DNA of 34,800 nt from a virus: the IMG/VR virus record IMGVR_UViG_3300023198_000987, one strand, 5' to 3'. Positions 24,201-34,016 of this stretch are shown here, piece by piece. The translations under genes were made by a program, and so were the position numbers. How positions within the stretch are numbered: position 1 is the first letter of the stretch; each line of letters begins with the position of its first letter. The notes below the pieces were generated by a model. The model searched no databases and had not been told where the DNA came from. It saw only the letters and a list, made by a program, of their open reading frames with translations.

Positions 24201-24556
24201 ACGAGGTTGCATTCGGCATGGACAGCGCGACCAAGGCGGGCGGTGTTTACAATAGCAACTTTGGCCCGGTTATTCTGCCCGATAAATGGACGACCGAAGT
24301 GTTCAACAATGCGATGGGTGTGGCGAGCAACCCGCAGTTTTTGGAAATCGGATTGGGTGCCCAGCCGTTTGACACCTACGGCAAGCCAATTCCGTTTGGG
24401 CAATTCATGGGCCTGGTTGGCCAGATGAACCCGGTGCCGGGCAATCAGTACAAGTTTTTCCCTGCCGATGATTTTGGCAACACGTTTATTTATGAGGACG
24501 GATCGACGGTTGAACTTGACGTTTCGCGCCTTTGGGCGCTTGGGCGTGGCCAGTGA
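21200..24556 (+). CDS. Internal virion / ejection protein with an M15 (LAS-type) peptidoglycan peptidase-like domain
   Basis: 1118 aa. Residues about 150-280 (VRVKSGGQYSENQL...GSTRHDVHDHGKSGTADFVL...FPGIGHYGWGVHIGGG) resemble Peptidase_M15A/VanY-like motifs (S.H..G.A.D ... GiG.Y...vH). The rest is long and helical. It occupies the T7 gp15/16 position. Confidence 0.6.
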   Translation: MANVRRYGPSRVDPMVQGPQPVLDGEARAMAGFASVLGAASDFLRPAAMEVRKRQAETDLLGEVETGGPSWEVRSQEAASAGTIAGLDARPVQGPNLPTAQKPPRPKARPNLAQGAAGGGAAPVTAANATFILPGFLGMGDKTPGARRNRGLTDEYMATVSAIVAGSLGKGWDVRVKSGGQYSENQLKQMAAARGITNPVDIAKFVNARRTGSTRHDVHDHGKSGTADFVLSYNGKDVTPDQNKKAYAKLFRAAAPYFPGIGHYGWGVHIGGGNEMFWGPNTRGQDHDEFNGDLTLLAAVREGRAAGGRKYGQTRVEVGPVAAGPDGNFIPQMPDMELVSTGGASFERRLPFTYYDAAFNEAAERVIGARARQALYSGASIAAMEAGGDLGALNQQMDALRSQVMGDLPASMTGLAIDMETEFETQRGVAVRQAIGQIEKKTIAGQTEAFNMAVDAANEQAQWLALSGASTSEIQGHLVRTQRQLAQFGPREAFTFNGVDYPADRARAGIMSVAQMGAQMQAMGDASAEMMIRGDFERSTAKGAFVSEMRKEIFAGRSPLPPGQALQLLGQLEVGVRAEQAQKEAAARAAAATLKKHTTETINPYVSMTEAGAPIAIPAEERAAILADLEGYPALQREAEVAFATADAAVATHGMTGGELSAYINSQKTQLQAAAERGEIDDEATAVILQLEHKLKELQKGITADMTGVNTILDATVEGTVLDEIDWAGMEAQAAGKPELLEQIAQAKTVYDTIGDMTDLTADQRDDAMTAIQERLNDLAAEGKGYGKEGVFIGEVLGKLDEWSTNLTEMARSDATSFAKAKGIEVIPLDGETTGDLGAQVAQRVLDVSLAAEGEGVLTPVPLDAAEKTRLKGLLDDTELSATARIEFLEGLAELPMEQSTAVLEALGGNGMYAIAGSMARLGRTQDAEVMLFGTESDLTIPNKIDRHTIRQEVAGAAIAAGYFAVGTLSRVEDIAEHYAIGFAARDNKAEVEDKHMQMGYEVAFGMDSATKAGGVYNSNFGPVILPDKWTTEVFNNAMGVASNPQFLEIGLGAQPFDTYGKPIPFGQFMGLVGQMNPVPGNQYKFFPADDFGNTFIYEDGSTVELDVSRLWALGRGQ

Positions 24557-27500
24557 CGGATTGGATTAAAACAGCCGCACCGCGCGGGCAGGTTGCCGAT
24601 CTGAGCGGCGGGGCTGGGCTGTTGTCGTCCATCGGTGCCAGTTTTGGGCTTGAGGCACCAATGGATGCGCGGCGTGACGAAAAATTCAACCAGTCGGCAT
24701 ACGAGGAATACCTTGATTTCGCATTTGACAACTGGCCAGAAGATCAACCGATTGACCCACTGTTGGACCTTGAGGACCGCCTGGGCCTGTCTGCCTTCGA
24801 TGATGGTTCCGCGCCTGACATGGGCGACGTAAGCGGCGACCTGGGCGCGCTTAATGAAATCCTGACGCGGGGGGGCGTCGAGGTTCCAGAGCAATTTGGC
24901 GTTACAGCGGTGCAGGAAAGCCGCAACGACAAGGCGGAAAGCGATCTGGAACTGCGCGAATTCCAGGAACGGCGCATTGGTGCCGCTGGGCCGGTCGCTG
25001 GAACCGCCGGGGCCTTGATCGGTGGCTTTGGCGCACAATTCACGCACCCTGAAAACCTGGCCACGCTGGCAATCGGCGCACCTGCCCGAATTGGCTTTTG
25101 GGGTACGCTGGCGATTGAAAGCGCGCTGAATGCTGGGATTGAGGCGGGAATAACGCCGAGCCGCAACGCCTATCTCGAAGCGATTGGCGATGAGCCGGAA
25201 AGCGTTTGGGTCAATGCCCTGTTTGGCGCGGCCTTTGGTGCTGGCTTTGTGGCGCTGTTCAAGGGGCCGGGGGCACTGATCCGCACGCTCAAGGGGGGCG
25301 GCACGCCAGAGGAACGCCGCACCCTTGCCAAAGGCTTGCAGGACACCGGGCGCGCGGACGCTCAAGCTGTGGGCGCACGGATTGCCCGTGATCTGGACGA
25401 TGCCGCAGCCGCAGCAACCGAAACCGATGTGCTATCGGCGGGCGAGGCGCGTCAGCGTGAGACGCGCGCGGCGGTGGGCGAGCCGCAACCGGACAGGCCG
25501 ATCTTTGACACGGCACCTGGCGGGGCGCTGCTGTATGGTGCCGTCGATGAAGTCAGGGCCGCCGATCTGAAAATAATGCCGGGCCAGTTTCAATTCAAAA
25601 GTGATGCTGACGCTTCCGGGGTAACGGACAAGCTGCGCAATGATCCTGAATGGGACAACAGCCTGTCGGGCCGGGTTATCGTCTACGAATTCAAGGACGG
25701 CACCCGCGCGATTGTGGATGGGCACCAGCGCGTCAGCCTTGCGCAACGGATAATGAAGCGCGATCCATCCCAGGATATCCGCCTGCTGGCCGAGGTCTTG
25801 CGGGAAAGCGACGGCGTGTCGGTCGAGGCCGCGCGTGTGGCGGGCGCGATCAAGAACATTGCGGAAGCCGCAGACGGGATGACGGCGGCCATGGCACGCG
25901 ATGCAGCCAAGGTCTTGCGCGTTGCGCCAGAGGTCATTGAAAATCTGCCTGTCGGGCCGGGAACGATTGTCGCCACGCACCTGACGCGGTTGAGTGACGA
26001 CGCATTCGGGCTGTTCATCAACGAGGTTGTGCCGCAAAACTTTTCCGCTGCCGTTGGCCGCATGGTCGAGGACAAGGCGCTGCACCTGCCGATCATGCGG
26101 CTGCTGGAACGCCTGAAACCCGCGAACCTGGCGCAAGCCGAAAGCATCATTGACCAAGCCCTGAACGCGCCGCGCACAAAGGAAGTCACTTCCGATCTGT
26201 TTGGGGAAAGCGTCACGACCGAAAGCCTGTTCGCGGAAAAGGCCAAGGTGCTGGACCGCGCTCTGCGCATTCTGGGCGAGGACAAGGCGACATTCCGCAC
26301 CCTGACCGAGCGGGGCGACCGGATCACGTCGGCGGGCGAAAACCGGCTGGACCAGGCGTCCAATGCGGCGATAAGGCAAACCACGGAAACCGCGATGGCG
26401 CTGGTCAAAAAACTGGCGCACCGGGCGGGACCGATTTCGGAGGCTCTGAACGATGGCGCGAAAAGCTACAAAGACACCGGCAAAATCAAAGACGCAGCCC
26501 AAGCCGTCGCCGATGCTGTCCGACGAGGAATTGAACGAGGCGATCTTGACGGGGCTACAGGCAGCCGCGCAGGACCGGATGGCGATAATCAAGGCCAGAG
26601 CGCTCAAGCACCTGACCACAACGCCGCCGTCGGGGAACGAGGCAGCGAGGCGCAACGCGAACAAGTAGCGGCGAACCCGATCCGCGATACAGTCGAGCCG
26701 GAAGGGGGGCAATCCGCTGATGAAGTGGTGGCCGACGCCGAAGATGCTTTGAACGAGGTTCGCGCCGATTGGGAAGCACTAGAAGCCGAGGTTGAGGCGG
26801 GCACCGCTGGAGACAACAAGCTAGATTTGTACATGACGTTGAGCGCGGCCCTTAGCGATGCGCGGCGCGTTCTGGCCGATGCGTTGGCGGCGACGGGTAT
26901 GCCTGCCCGCTTGGAAACCCGCAATGGCAAGTTAAAAGCGCTTGTCGGCCCTCGCATGGATGGCCAGCCCGGCGCGCGCATTACTTATCTTGACGATAAG
27001 GGTCCGAGCGGCGACACGCACCACGATAGTTTCCAAGCTGCCTACAGGGACGCGCTTGACCAGGGGTATGAAAAGGTAGTTAGACCGATTGCGGACGAGC
27101 CGCGCGAGGCGTTTCAGGACGATAGCGACCTCCTGTCCGATCTGGCTGCGATTGTCGAAACCGGCATCGAGCGCGAGGTTATCGACAATCATCCGGCGGT
27201 GGTGCAAGCGCTGGAAGACATGGCAGCGCGCCCGGAAACCCGCGACGCGCCGGGCTACGACAGCGACGATTGGCACGCAACGCGGTCTTATGATTTCGAT
27301 GGCGAAACCGTCACCGGCACCGCCGAGGCCGTGCCGCGATGGGTCGCCAAGGCGCGCGAGCAAGCGGGGGAAACAGGCCAGGACCGCACGGCCACGATTG
27401 TTCTGGGGCCGCCTGCCGCCGGGAAATCCACGGTTGCCAATAAGATCGCGAAGGCGCAGCGCGCGGCAATCATCGACCCTGACGACATTAAGGCAACCCT

Positions 27501-28221
27501 GCCCGAATATGACGGCGGCATTGGCGCGAATGCCACACATGAGGAAAGCAGCGATCTTGCCAATGCCCTGATGGATGGCATGATGGCCGAGGGCGAAAAC
27601 CTGGTCATTCCCAAGGTCGGCGGCAATGAGGCAAGTATCGCCAGGGTTATTGCAAAGCTACGTGAAGCAGGCTATGTTGTCCGTGTGGCGAGCATGGCGG
27701 TTGAACCAGCCGAAGCCTACCGCCGCATGATCCTTAGATTTGTGAATACCGGGCGCTTGATCGCGCCGGAGTATGTGGACGCAGTGGGCGATAAGCCTGC
27801 CGCGGTGTTCCGGTCATTGCGCGACCAGGACGCTGCGGACGGCTTTGCAGAAATCGACAACAACGGGGGGATAGATGACCCAAAAGCAATCAGCGAAATC
27901 CAAGGGGAAAACCCATTCGACGGGACCAGCTTCGGCCTACCTGCGGCGCGAACTGAACCCGGAGCCGGAACCGAGCCAGGCAATGCGCGAGGCGGTGTCG
28001 AAGGGCCTGAAGTTGGCGAACGCCAAACCGACCTAGAGGACTTGATCGCCGAGCGCGATCCAGACAACCCCACATTCAAGGACTTGTTTGATACCATGCC
28101 GGGCGACCGGCTGGACGATGCGGGCGATGTTGTGTTTGAAAAGCGCAACCCGAACGACGTTGCGGCAGAACTGGATGAAATTGACGAAACGCTAGACATT
28201 GCAGAGGTTTGCCTGAAATGA
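24553..28221 (+). CDS. Polyvalent ejection-operon protein: hydrophobic Gly-zipper N-region, ParB/Srx-like nuclease domain, helical linker domains, zeta-toxin-like P-loop kinase domain, acidic C-terminal motif
   Basis: ParB-like: GQFQFK...GVTDKLRNDPEWDNSLSGRVIVYEFKDGTRAIVDGHQRVSLAQRI, with DGHQR at 25717-25731. Zeta-like: IVLGPPAAGKST (27406-27432), AAIIDPDDIKATLPEY, GENLVIPKVGG, REAGYVVRVASMAVEPAEAYRRMILRF..GR.I. Start is GTG 24553 (GTGA overlap); TTG 24532 and ATG 24661 are alternatives. Confidence 0.7.
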   Translation: MTDWIKTAAPRGQVADLSGGAGLLSSIGASFGLEAPMDARRDEKFNQSAYEEYLDFAFDNWPEDQPIDPLLDLEDRLGLSAFDDGSAPDMGDVSGDLGALNEILTRGGVEVPEQFGVTAVQESRNDKAESDLELREFQERRIGAAGPVAGTAGALIGGFGAQFTHPENLATLAIGAPARIGFWGTLAIESALNAGIEAGITPSRNAYLEAIGDEPESVWVNALFGAAFGAGFVALFKGPGALIRTLKGGGTPEERRTLAKGLQDTGRADAQAVGARIARDLDDAAAAATETDVLSAGEARQRETRAAVGEPQPDRPIFDTAPGGALLYGAVDEVRAADLKIMPGQFQFKSDADASGVTDKLRNDPEWDNSLSGRVIVYEFKDGTRAIVDGHQRVSLAQRIMKRDPSQDIRLLAEVLRESDGVSVEAARVAGAIKNIAEAADGMTAAMARDAAKVLRVAPEVIENLPVGPGTIVATHLTRLSDDAFGLFINEVVPQNFSAAVGRMVEDKALHLPIMRLLERLKPANLAQAESIIDQALNAPRTKEVTSDLFGESVTTESLFAEKAKVLDRALRILGEDKATFRTLTERGDRITSAGENRLDQASNAAIRQTTETAMALVKKLAHRAGPISEALNDGAKSYKDTGKIKDAAQAVADAVRRGIERGDLDGATGSRAGPDGDNQGQSAQAPDHNAAVGERGSEAQREQVAANPIRDTVEPEGGQSADEVVADAEDALNEVRADWEALEAEVEAGTAGDNKLDLYMTLSAALSDARRVLADALAATGMPARLETRNGKLKALVGPRMDGQPGARITYLDDKGPSGDTHHDSFQAAYRDALDQGYEKVVRPIADEPREAFQDDSDLLSDLAAIVETGIEREVIDNHPAVVQALEDMAARPETRDAPGYDSDDWHATRSYDFDGETVTGTAEAVPRWVAKAREQAGETGQDRTATIVLGPPAAGKSTVANKIAKAQRAAIIDPDDIKATLPEYDGGIGANATHEESSDLANALMDGMMAEGENLVIPKVGGNEASIARVIAKLREAGYVVRVASMAVEPAEAYRRMILRFVNTGRLIAPEYVDAVGDKPAAVFRSLRDQDAADGFAEIDNNGGIDDPKAISEIQGENPFDGTSFGLPAARTEPGAGTEPGNARGGVEGPEVGERQTDLEDLIAERDPDNPTFKDLFDTMPGDRLDDAGDVVFEKRNPNDVAAELDEIDETLDIAEVCLK

Positions 28222-30701
28222 GTTTTGGTGACTGCATCCGCCGCGCCGTCGATGACGGGCACATTCCACCAGAGCGCGCGCGCGAACTATTGGAGGAACA
28301 CGCAAGCGAGGCCGCCGACATGGGCGCGGCCATGGGCGACGTGCAGGCCGACGCGGCTGCGGCGCGGGCGATCCTCGACCGGACACGCCAGGAAACATTC
28401 CAGCGCCGTCGCCGCACGGGCCTGACGCGATCAACGCTCAAGCGCCGCACTGATGAACTGTCAGAGCATCGCACCCTGACCGGCAAGATCAACCCGGCGG
28501 CGGCACTGTCTGCAATGGTGGAGGATCCAAGCGGCACCTATGCCGGGCAAACCATGACCGGGCAGTATCATGCCGTCCGATCCTACCTCAAAGGGCCGAT
28601 GAGCGAGGCCATGCGGACATTCCGCCGCAATGCCCTGACCATGCGCCGCAAAAAAGCGCTGATGATGGACACGCTGCGCGAGGTATTCGGCGAGGAAACG
28701 GGCGACGCCCAGGCCAAGGGCTTTGCTAAGGTGTGGGCCGACACCGCCGAGCGGGCGCGCACCAGGTTCAACGCGGCAGGCGGCGATATTGCCAAGCTGG
28801 CGCGCTGGAACATGCCGCAATGGCATGACACGAATAAGGTGCGGGGTGCCCGGCCCGGCGAGTGGGCCGACGCGACCGACGGCCTGCTTGATTGGGACGC
28901 GATGGCCGAGCGCGACAATGGGGGCGTTCCCTATAGCGCCGCAAAGCGCCGGGCAATACTGGATCGGGTCAACGAAGATATCCGCACCGACGGCCACGCC
29001 AGCCGCAACCCGACCGCACACGCGGGCCGGGGCATGATGGCAAAACGCCGATCCGATCACCGCTTTCTGATCTTCAAGGACGCGGATAGCTGGGCGTCCT
29101 ACAACGAGCAATTCGGCGGCGGGGCCGATCCTTTCGACACAATGCTGCGGCATCTGGACAGCATGGCGCGCGATATTGCCATGATGGAAGTGCTAGGGCC
29201 AAACCCGACGCATTCATGGGCCTGGCTCAAGGATGGCGCGCGGGGCATCGCGGCACGATCCGGCGAAAAGGATGCGCTCAAGCTGTTTGAAAAACGGCTC
29301 TATCAGGCCGAAAGTAAGTTTCGGCTGTTCACCGGGGAAACCAACGTGCCGGTCAACGAGCGGATGGCGGCCACAATGGCGGCAACCCGCAACTGGCTTT
29401 CGGCGTCTCTGCTGGGCAAGGCGGTGATTTCTTCGATCTCGGATTTCAACTCGCAGCGTGTTTCTGCCAAATTCGTCGGCGTGGGGCAGTTTCAATTTCT
29501 GAGTGACTTTGTGCGACTGGCAGCATCCGGGGCCAATCGTGAGGCGGCGGGCGACCTGGGGCTGATCCTGTCCGTCGGACTGGACTATGGCGCGGCTGCC
29601 GCGCGGCATGACCTGGAAGATATGGTTATGAAGTCGAGCGCGGGCATTGCCGAAAGCGTTATTCGTATGTCCGGCCTTGGCTTCCTGACCGAAACGCACC
29701 GGACGGCGGCGGGCACGTCGCGGATGCGGGCATTTGCTGCCGCGCGTGATAAGGGCTGGGGCGAGTTGGACCCGCGTCAACGCCGGTTTCTGCAAAAGAT
29801 GGGGCTGACCGAAGGCGATTGGGACTTGATGCGCGCGGGCGACATGGACGACTTCGCCGGGCTTGAGGTTATGGGCATGAACGCGGTGCGCAAGGCGGCG
29901 GGCCAGGAGGCGGCTGATCGCTGGATGGCGGGCATCTATCGCGACATAGAGTTTGCGGTGCCCAGCGCGACGATATCAGGCCGGGCGGCTGTTATCGGGC
30001 AATCGAAACCCGGCACACTGACGGGCGAGACGGCGCGGGCCGTGTTTCAGTTTCGCAGTTTTTCCCTGACGGTTCTGATGACGCACGTTGCGCGGTCGGT
30101 TTCCGAGGCATTCGACGGGCGACCGCTGACGGCGGCGAACTATGCGGCGCAACTGCTGATCTGGAACACAATTCTGGGCGGCGTGGCCATACAGTTGAAA
30201 GAGATTGCAGCGGGCCGCGATCCAAAGGACATGACGACGGCCAAATTCTGGGTCGCGGCAATGGCTCAGGGTGGCGGGCTGGGCATCTTCGGGGATTTCA
30301 TTTTTACGGATCACAACCGCTTTGGCGGCGGGCTGGGCACAACGCTGGGCGGGCCGACGCTGGGGCTGGGCACCGATATTGTTGGGGCGACGCTGGGCAA
30401 TGTGCAGAACGTGGTGCGCGGCGAGGAAACCAACGCGGGCGCAGAGTTTGTGCGACTGGGCCGCAACTACACGCCGGGCGGCAACCTTTGGTTTGCCGAT
30501 ATGCTTTGGGAACGGGAGGTTATGGACCGTCTTGAAGATATCCTGAACCCGGATGCAAGCCGATCCTTCCGGCGAAAAAGGAAGTCCGCGCGTGACTTTG
30601 ACACGCAATTCTTTTATCCACCAGGTGCGGCAACTGGTGGCGGGCGGTCGAGCATTCGGCTTCCCGATCTGAAAAACGCTCTAGGCGACGGGGGCCGATA
30701 A
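28218..30701 (+). CDS. Internal virion protein (827 aa), function unknown
   Basis: ATG 28218 overlaps the upstream stop (ATGA). It is a large helical protein with C-terminal hydrophobic Gly-rich segments ([17 protein letters not shown]). It lies between the ejection proteins and the fibre. Confidence 0.6.
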   Translation: MSFGDCIRRAVDDGHIPPERARELLEEHASEAADMGAAMGDVQADAAAARAILDRTRQETFQRRRRTGLTRSTLKRRTDELSEHRTLTGKINPAAALSAMVEDPSGTYAGQTMTGQYHAVRSYLKGPMSEAMRTFRRNALTMRRKKALMMDTLREVFGEETGDAQAKGFAKVWADTAERARTRFNAAGGDIAKLARWNMPQWHDTNKVRGARPGEWADATDGLLDWDAMAERDNGGVPYSAAKRRAILDRVNEDIRTDGHASRNPTAHAGRGMMAKRRSDHRFLIFKDADSWASYNEQFGGGADPFDTMLRHLDSMARDIAMMEVLGPNPTHSWAWLKDGARGIAARSGEKDALKLFEKRLYQAESKFRLFTGETNVPVNERMAATMAATRNWLSASLLGKAVISSISDFNSQRVSAKFVGVGQFQFLSDFVRLAASGANREAAGDLGLILSVGLDYGAAAARHDLEDMVMKSSAGIAESVIRMSGLGFLTETHRTAAGTSRMRAFAAARDKGWGELDPRQRRFLQKMGLTEGDWDLMRAGDMDDFAGLEVMGMNAVRKAAGQEAADRWMAGIYRDIEFAVPSATISGRAAVIGQSKPGTLTGETARAVFQFRSFSLTVLMTHVARSVSEAFDGRPLTAANYAAQLLIWNTILGGVAIQLKEIAAGRDPKDMTTAKFWVAAMAQGGGLGIFGDFIFTDHNRFGGGLGTTLGGPTLGLGTDIVGATLGNVQNVVRGEETNAGAEFVRLGRNYTPGGNLWFADMLWEREVMDRLEDILNPDASRSFRRKRKSARDFDTQFFYPPGAATGGGRSSIRLPDLKNALGDGGR

Positions 30702-32404
30702 TGGCGCACACTGAAAACAATATGCAGGTCGGGCCGTCGCTTCTGGCGAACGGTGTGGACACAATCGGGCTTGATTTCTACTTCGCCGCCAATGCGGAAC
30801 TGGTGGTTTACAAGCAAGGGTCTGACACGCCGCTGGTGCTTGATACCGATTACACGGTCACGGGGGCGGGCACGTCGTCGGGCGTGGTGACACTGACAAC
30901 GCCAGCGGACGGATCGACATATTACGCGGTTTTGTGGGCGGATAGCGTTGAGCGGGCCAGCAATATCGGATCACGCGCGGGCTTCACTGCCAGCTTGTTC
31001 AACAATGCGATGGATCAGGTCTATCGGCATTTGTCGCGGTTGCTGACTAAGTTTGACCGGGCGCTGATGGTTGAGCCGACTTCGGAAGCCGTGACAACCA
31101 GCGTGGGCCGGGCGACAGATCGGGCGTCCAAGTATCTCAAATTTTCCGCCGATGGGCTGGACCTTGAGACGACGACGGGGCCGAGCGACGGGGCAGATGG
31201 TGCTGACGGGGCAGACGGCAGCGACCCCGGTTTCCTCTACCTGTTCGATACCGGCACCGCTGCGGCTGGTATTCCGGGCGGTGACATTCGTTTCAACCAT
31301 GCGACCGTGGCCAGCGTCACTGAAATTTTCATTGCTGACGCGGATAAGAGCGCTGCCGATCTTTCCAGTTTTGTCAACGCTTGGGACGTAGGTGAGTTGA
31401 TCGTTCGTAATACCGTCACGTCCGCTAAGGTCGCGGTGTTCACAGTAACGGCTGCGGCTAACGGTTCGGGCGTGACGACCCTGACTGTGACAGGTGGCGT
31501 TGGGGGCACAGCGCTGGCCGATAACGACCCCGTTTCGGTGCAATTCTACCGCAAGGGTGACACGGGGGCTACGGGTGCAACGGGCGCAGCCGGTGCCACG
31601 GGTGCCACGGGTGCGACCGGCGCTGACGGCGCTGACGGTGCGGACGGTGCGGACGGGGCCACCGGTGCCACGGGTGCCACGGGTCCGAGCGGCGCTGACG
31701 GTGCGGACGGTGCGGACGGGGCCACGGGTGCCACGGGTGCCACGGGTGCGACCGGCGCTGACGGTGCGGACGGCGCTGACGGTGCGGACGGCGCTGACGG
31801 CGCTGACGGTGCGGACGGCGCTGACGGTGCGGACGGCGCAGCGGGCCTTAGCGGGGGCTTCAACTATACGTTCAGCACGACTGTAACGGACGCAGACCCC
31901 GGTGCTGGAAACTTGCGGTTCGATAACGTCACGATAGGAAGCGTGACAGGTGTTTATATCAGCGAAACGGATGACGACAGCCGAGATTTGGCTGCATATT
32001 TGGCGAGCGTTGATGGTGGTCGTCTAATCATCCGACAGCTAAATGATGCGACCAAATGGGCCGCGTTGGAAATTACAGCGATGACCGATAACACCGACTA
32101 TATCGACTGGACGGTGACGGTCACGGACGCCGGGGTTCTGCCTGATGATGCTGCCGCGATAAGTGTCGAGGTTATTCCCGGTGGTGCTGGTGGTTCTACT
32201 CTTGGCGCGGAACAAAACGGATCGTGGTCGAGTTATTCTGATTGGGGTAGCGCTTCCTCGATGTCAGGTACTCTGACATCTGGTCAAGCCGCACCAAGCG
32301 ACGGGGTAATCACTGGGATTGAATGGGCGGATTCAACAGCGGGGCCGAATGATAACACCTACGAAACAATGCGAACGCGCGTGACTTACAGGAGTGTAAC
32401 CTAA
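30701..32404 (+). CDS. Tail fibre: T7 gp17-like N-terminal adaptor, duplicated beta-domain flanking a 33-triplet collagen-like Gly-X-Y tract, divergent C-terminal tip
   Basis: The N-terminus [19 protein letters not shown]...[11 protein letters not shown]...[26 protein letters not shown]...FNNAMDQ parallels T7 gp17 (FNIPFEYL...V.......L....DY......i.L.....g....i.R.t). GDT/GAT/GAD triplets cover aa 286-384. Confidence 0.8.
   Translation: MAHTENNMQVGPSLLANGVDTIGLDFYFAANAELVVYKQGSDTPLVLDTDYTVTGAGTSSGVVTLTTPADGSTYYAVLWADSVERASNIGSRAGFTASLFNNAMDQVYRHLSRLLTKFDRALMVEPTSEAVTTSVGRATDRASKYLKFSADGLDLETTTGPSDGADGADGADGSDPGFLYLFDTGTAAAGIPGGDIRFNHATVASVTEIFIADADKSAADLSSFVNAWDVGELIVRNTVTSAKVAVFTVTAAANGSGVTTLTVTGGVGGTALADNDPVSVQFYRKGDTGATGATGAAGATGATGATGADGADGADGADGATGATGATGPSGADGADGADGATGATGATGATGADGADGADGADGADGADGADGADGADGAAGLSGGFNYTFSTTVTDADPGAGNLRFDNVTIGSVTGVYISETDDDSRDLAAYLASVDGGRLIIRQLNDATKWAALEITAMTDNTDYIDWTVTVTDAGVLPDDAAAISVEVIPGGAGGSTLGAEQNGSWSSYSDWGSASSMSGTLTSGQAAPSDGVITGIEWADSTAGPNDNTYETMRTRVTYRSVT
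31556..31852 (+). repeat. Collagen-like triplet repeat (33 Gly-X-Y codon triplets, mostly GAT and GAD) built from 9-bp units ggtgccacg / ggcgctgac / ggtgcggac
   Basis: Counted directly from GDT at 31556 to GLS ending at 31852. A short GAD x3 tract also occurs near 31190-31215. Confidence 0.95.
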
Positions 32405-32853
32405 TGCCCGTCAGAGACATTTACTTTTTATTCAACGACGCGGACGGCAGTTATAACCATCACGGTCTGAAACCTCATCCCGCCTTTATGAAAAAGGGCG
32501 AGGTTTCCGAACGAATGTTGTCCGTGGACCTGTCGCTATTTGAAGATATCACCATGGTGTTTTACGACGAAGTGACAGGCGATCTTGTCGATGGATCGGC
32601 CATGATGACCCGGCTCAACAGTTCCGAACGCGGGCAAGCTGAACTGGAAAAGATGCTGATTGATGTGGCGGCGGACCCGAACAATGTTGCAGATGCTTCG
32701 CCCGAAAAGATCGCCCGGAGAAACCACCTGATCCAATTGGCGCGCGAGTTCATGCCCGCCAAAGCGGTGAACCGCATCCTTGCAGATGGTCGGATCGGCG
32801 CAACCGAAACGGCGCAAATCAAAGCGGCGATCCAAGCCGCGAAAGGGGCGTAA
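32404..32853 (+). CDS. Hypothetical protein (149 aa); possible fibre chaperone by position
   Basis: TAATG overlap with the fibre stop. Noticeably lower GC than the genome, like the fibre tip. No domain recognised. Confidence 0.55.
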   Translation: MPVRDIYFLFNDADGSYNHHGLKPHPAFMKKGEVSERMLSVDLSLFEDITMVFYDEVTGDLVDGSAMMTRLNSSERGQAELEKMLIDVAADPNNVADASPEKIARRNHLIQLAREFMPAKAVNRILADGRIGATETAQIKAAIQAAKGA

Positions 32854-32854
32854 T

Positions 32855-33370
32855 ATGGTGAACAAGATTGAACCAAATGAGCAAGTCACGGCCCTGCTGG
32901 CGGATGTGATCGCAGAGACCGCCCACAACTGGGAAGGGTTGCCAACCGGGCCAGACGTGAGCGAGGCGGAGTTCCTTGCGATGAAAATCCCGCAGGTCGA
33001 GATCTACAGGAAAAGCGCTGGCCAGCCCTCGCTGCTCATCTCGCCGCTGGACTTCCACCGGCAGATGCCCGCGCTGGAAGCCTGTGCAAAGATGGTCGGC
33101 GCGCGCGAGGTGAAGAACCACTGTCTCTATCTGCCACGTACCGCGATGCAGTGGCACACGAACCGCGACGAGCCGGGCAAGCGGACCTATTACAGCCTGA
33201 CGCTGGGCCGGGCGCTGTTCCGCTGGATGGATGCCAAGGGGCAAATCCACGTTGATGAGGATGAGCCGGGCGGCTGGACGGCCCGCGAGTTTGACGTGAG
33301 CGCGGATTATCCGATGTGGCACAGCATCTGGACTGATAAAACGAGGTTTTCCTTTGGCTTTCTCGGATGA
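32855..33370 (+). CDS. Hypothetical protein (171 aa), possibly a double-stranded beta-helix (cupin/oxygenase-like) fold
   Basis: ATG 32855 lies 2 nt after the upstream stop. AMQWHTNRDEPGKRTYYS...FRWMD...GGWTAREFDV...PMWHSIWTDKTRFSFGF has His/Asp...His...Arg spacing reminiscent of DSBH enzymes but no canonical HxD. Confidence 0.5.
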   Translation: MVNKIEPNEQVTALLADVIAETAHNWEGLPTGPDVSEAEFLAMKIPQVEIYRKSAGQPSLLISPLDFHRQMPALEACAKMVGAREVKNHCLYLPRTAMQWHTNRDEPGKRTYYSLTLGRALFRWMDAKGQIHVDEDEPGGWTAREFDVSADYPMWHSIWTDKTRFSFGFLG

Positions 33371-34016
33371 CTGGATCGCTCGGCGTAGCGATCAACCCTT
33401 CAAAGCGCAGTTGCTGCCGCTTATCAAGCGGTTCGAAAGGCATCTCACCGACGACATGACCCACATTGATGATCTGAGCGGCCCGGTTTCTGACCGGGTT
33501 GTTTGGTCTGAGGGGAACCCCATTCCGCACTGGTTCATGGTCAACCGTGGCGGCTTGCACGTCAGTCACTTCTCAGCGATCCCGCCGTGGGCGGACATTG
33601 ACATTGATAGCGATGTGATCCGGCGTGTGCCGCATTGCCCTCAGAAGTGGAAACCAGAAGGAATTTCTAAGTATCCGGGGCGACCGGGGTTCACGTTGGT
33701 TTTGGGAGATGAGAATTGGGGGCCAGGGTCTGTGAACAGGCGGCACCCTTCCGACGCTTCCACACTGTACTCATTGGACAGTCAGATCGACGGCGCGAAG
33801 TTCATTCGAATTTGCAATCCGTATTCGGGACTGATCCTCTCCGCAGCGATGTCCGGTAAGCCATTCTCTGCGCCGCTGGGCGGCTTGTTCGGCCCTTTGG
33901 TGGGCGACCCTTCATATGACAACGTGCTGCGATGTCTGACATGGCTCGAGAAGTTCTCAGTCGATGTCTTGGACCCATGCTTCGCTGACAAACTGGATGA
34001 GAGGTTAGCCGCATGA
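33354..34016 (+). CDS. Hypothetical protein (220 aa)
   Basis: TTG 33354 is the only in-frame start near the upstream stop. The next in-frame ATG is about 35 codons downstream. The stop overlaps the next start (ATGA). No domain recognised. Confidence 0.5.
   Translation: MAFSDDWIARRSDQPFKAQLLPLIKRFERHLTDDMTHIDDLSGPVSDRVVWSEGNPIPHWFMVNRGGLHVSHFSAIPPWADIDIDSDVIRRVPHCPQKWKPEGISKYPGRPGFTLVLGDENWGPGSVNRRHPSDASTLYSLDSQIDGAKFIRICNPYSGLILSAAMSGKPFSAPLGGLFGPLVGDPSYDNVLRCLTWLEKFSVDVLDPCFADKLDERLAA

Noticed and set aside
27379-27861. Zeta/epsilon-type toxin-antitoxin module
   Set aside because: The zeta-like kinase is an internal domain of a 1223-aa structural-operon protein. It is not a free-standing toxin gene, and no small epsilon/PezA-like antitoxin gene is adjacent.
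31556-31852. Possible CRISPR array or other non-coding repeat array
   Set aside because: The units are 9 bp with no spacers and lie in frame inside a CDS. No cas genes are present.
31546-31863. Minus-strand ORF encoding (PSA/PVA)n, and plus-frame 31494..31886 encoding (RTV/RVP)n
   Set aside because: These are alternative-frame readings of the collagen-like triplet repeat. The Gly-X-Y frame is continuous with the fibre N- and C-terminal domains.
30701-32404. Diversity-generating retroelement targeting the fibre (considered because some head genes look BPP-1-like)
   Set aside because: No reverse transcriptase ORF occurs anywhere. I saw no template/variable repeat pair with adenine-specific mismatches near the fibre 3' end. 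The internal duplication is ancient and protein-level only.
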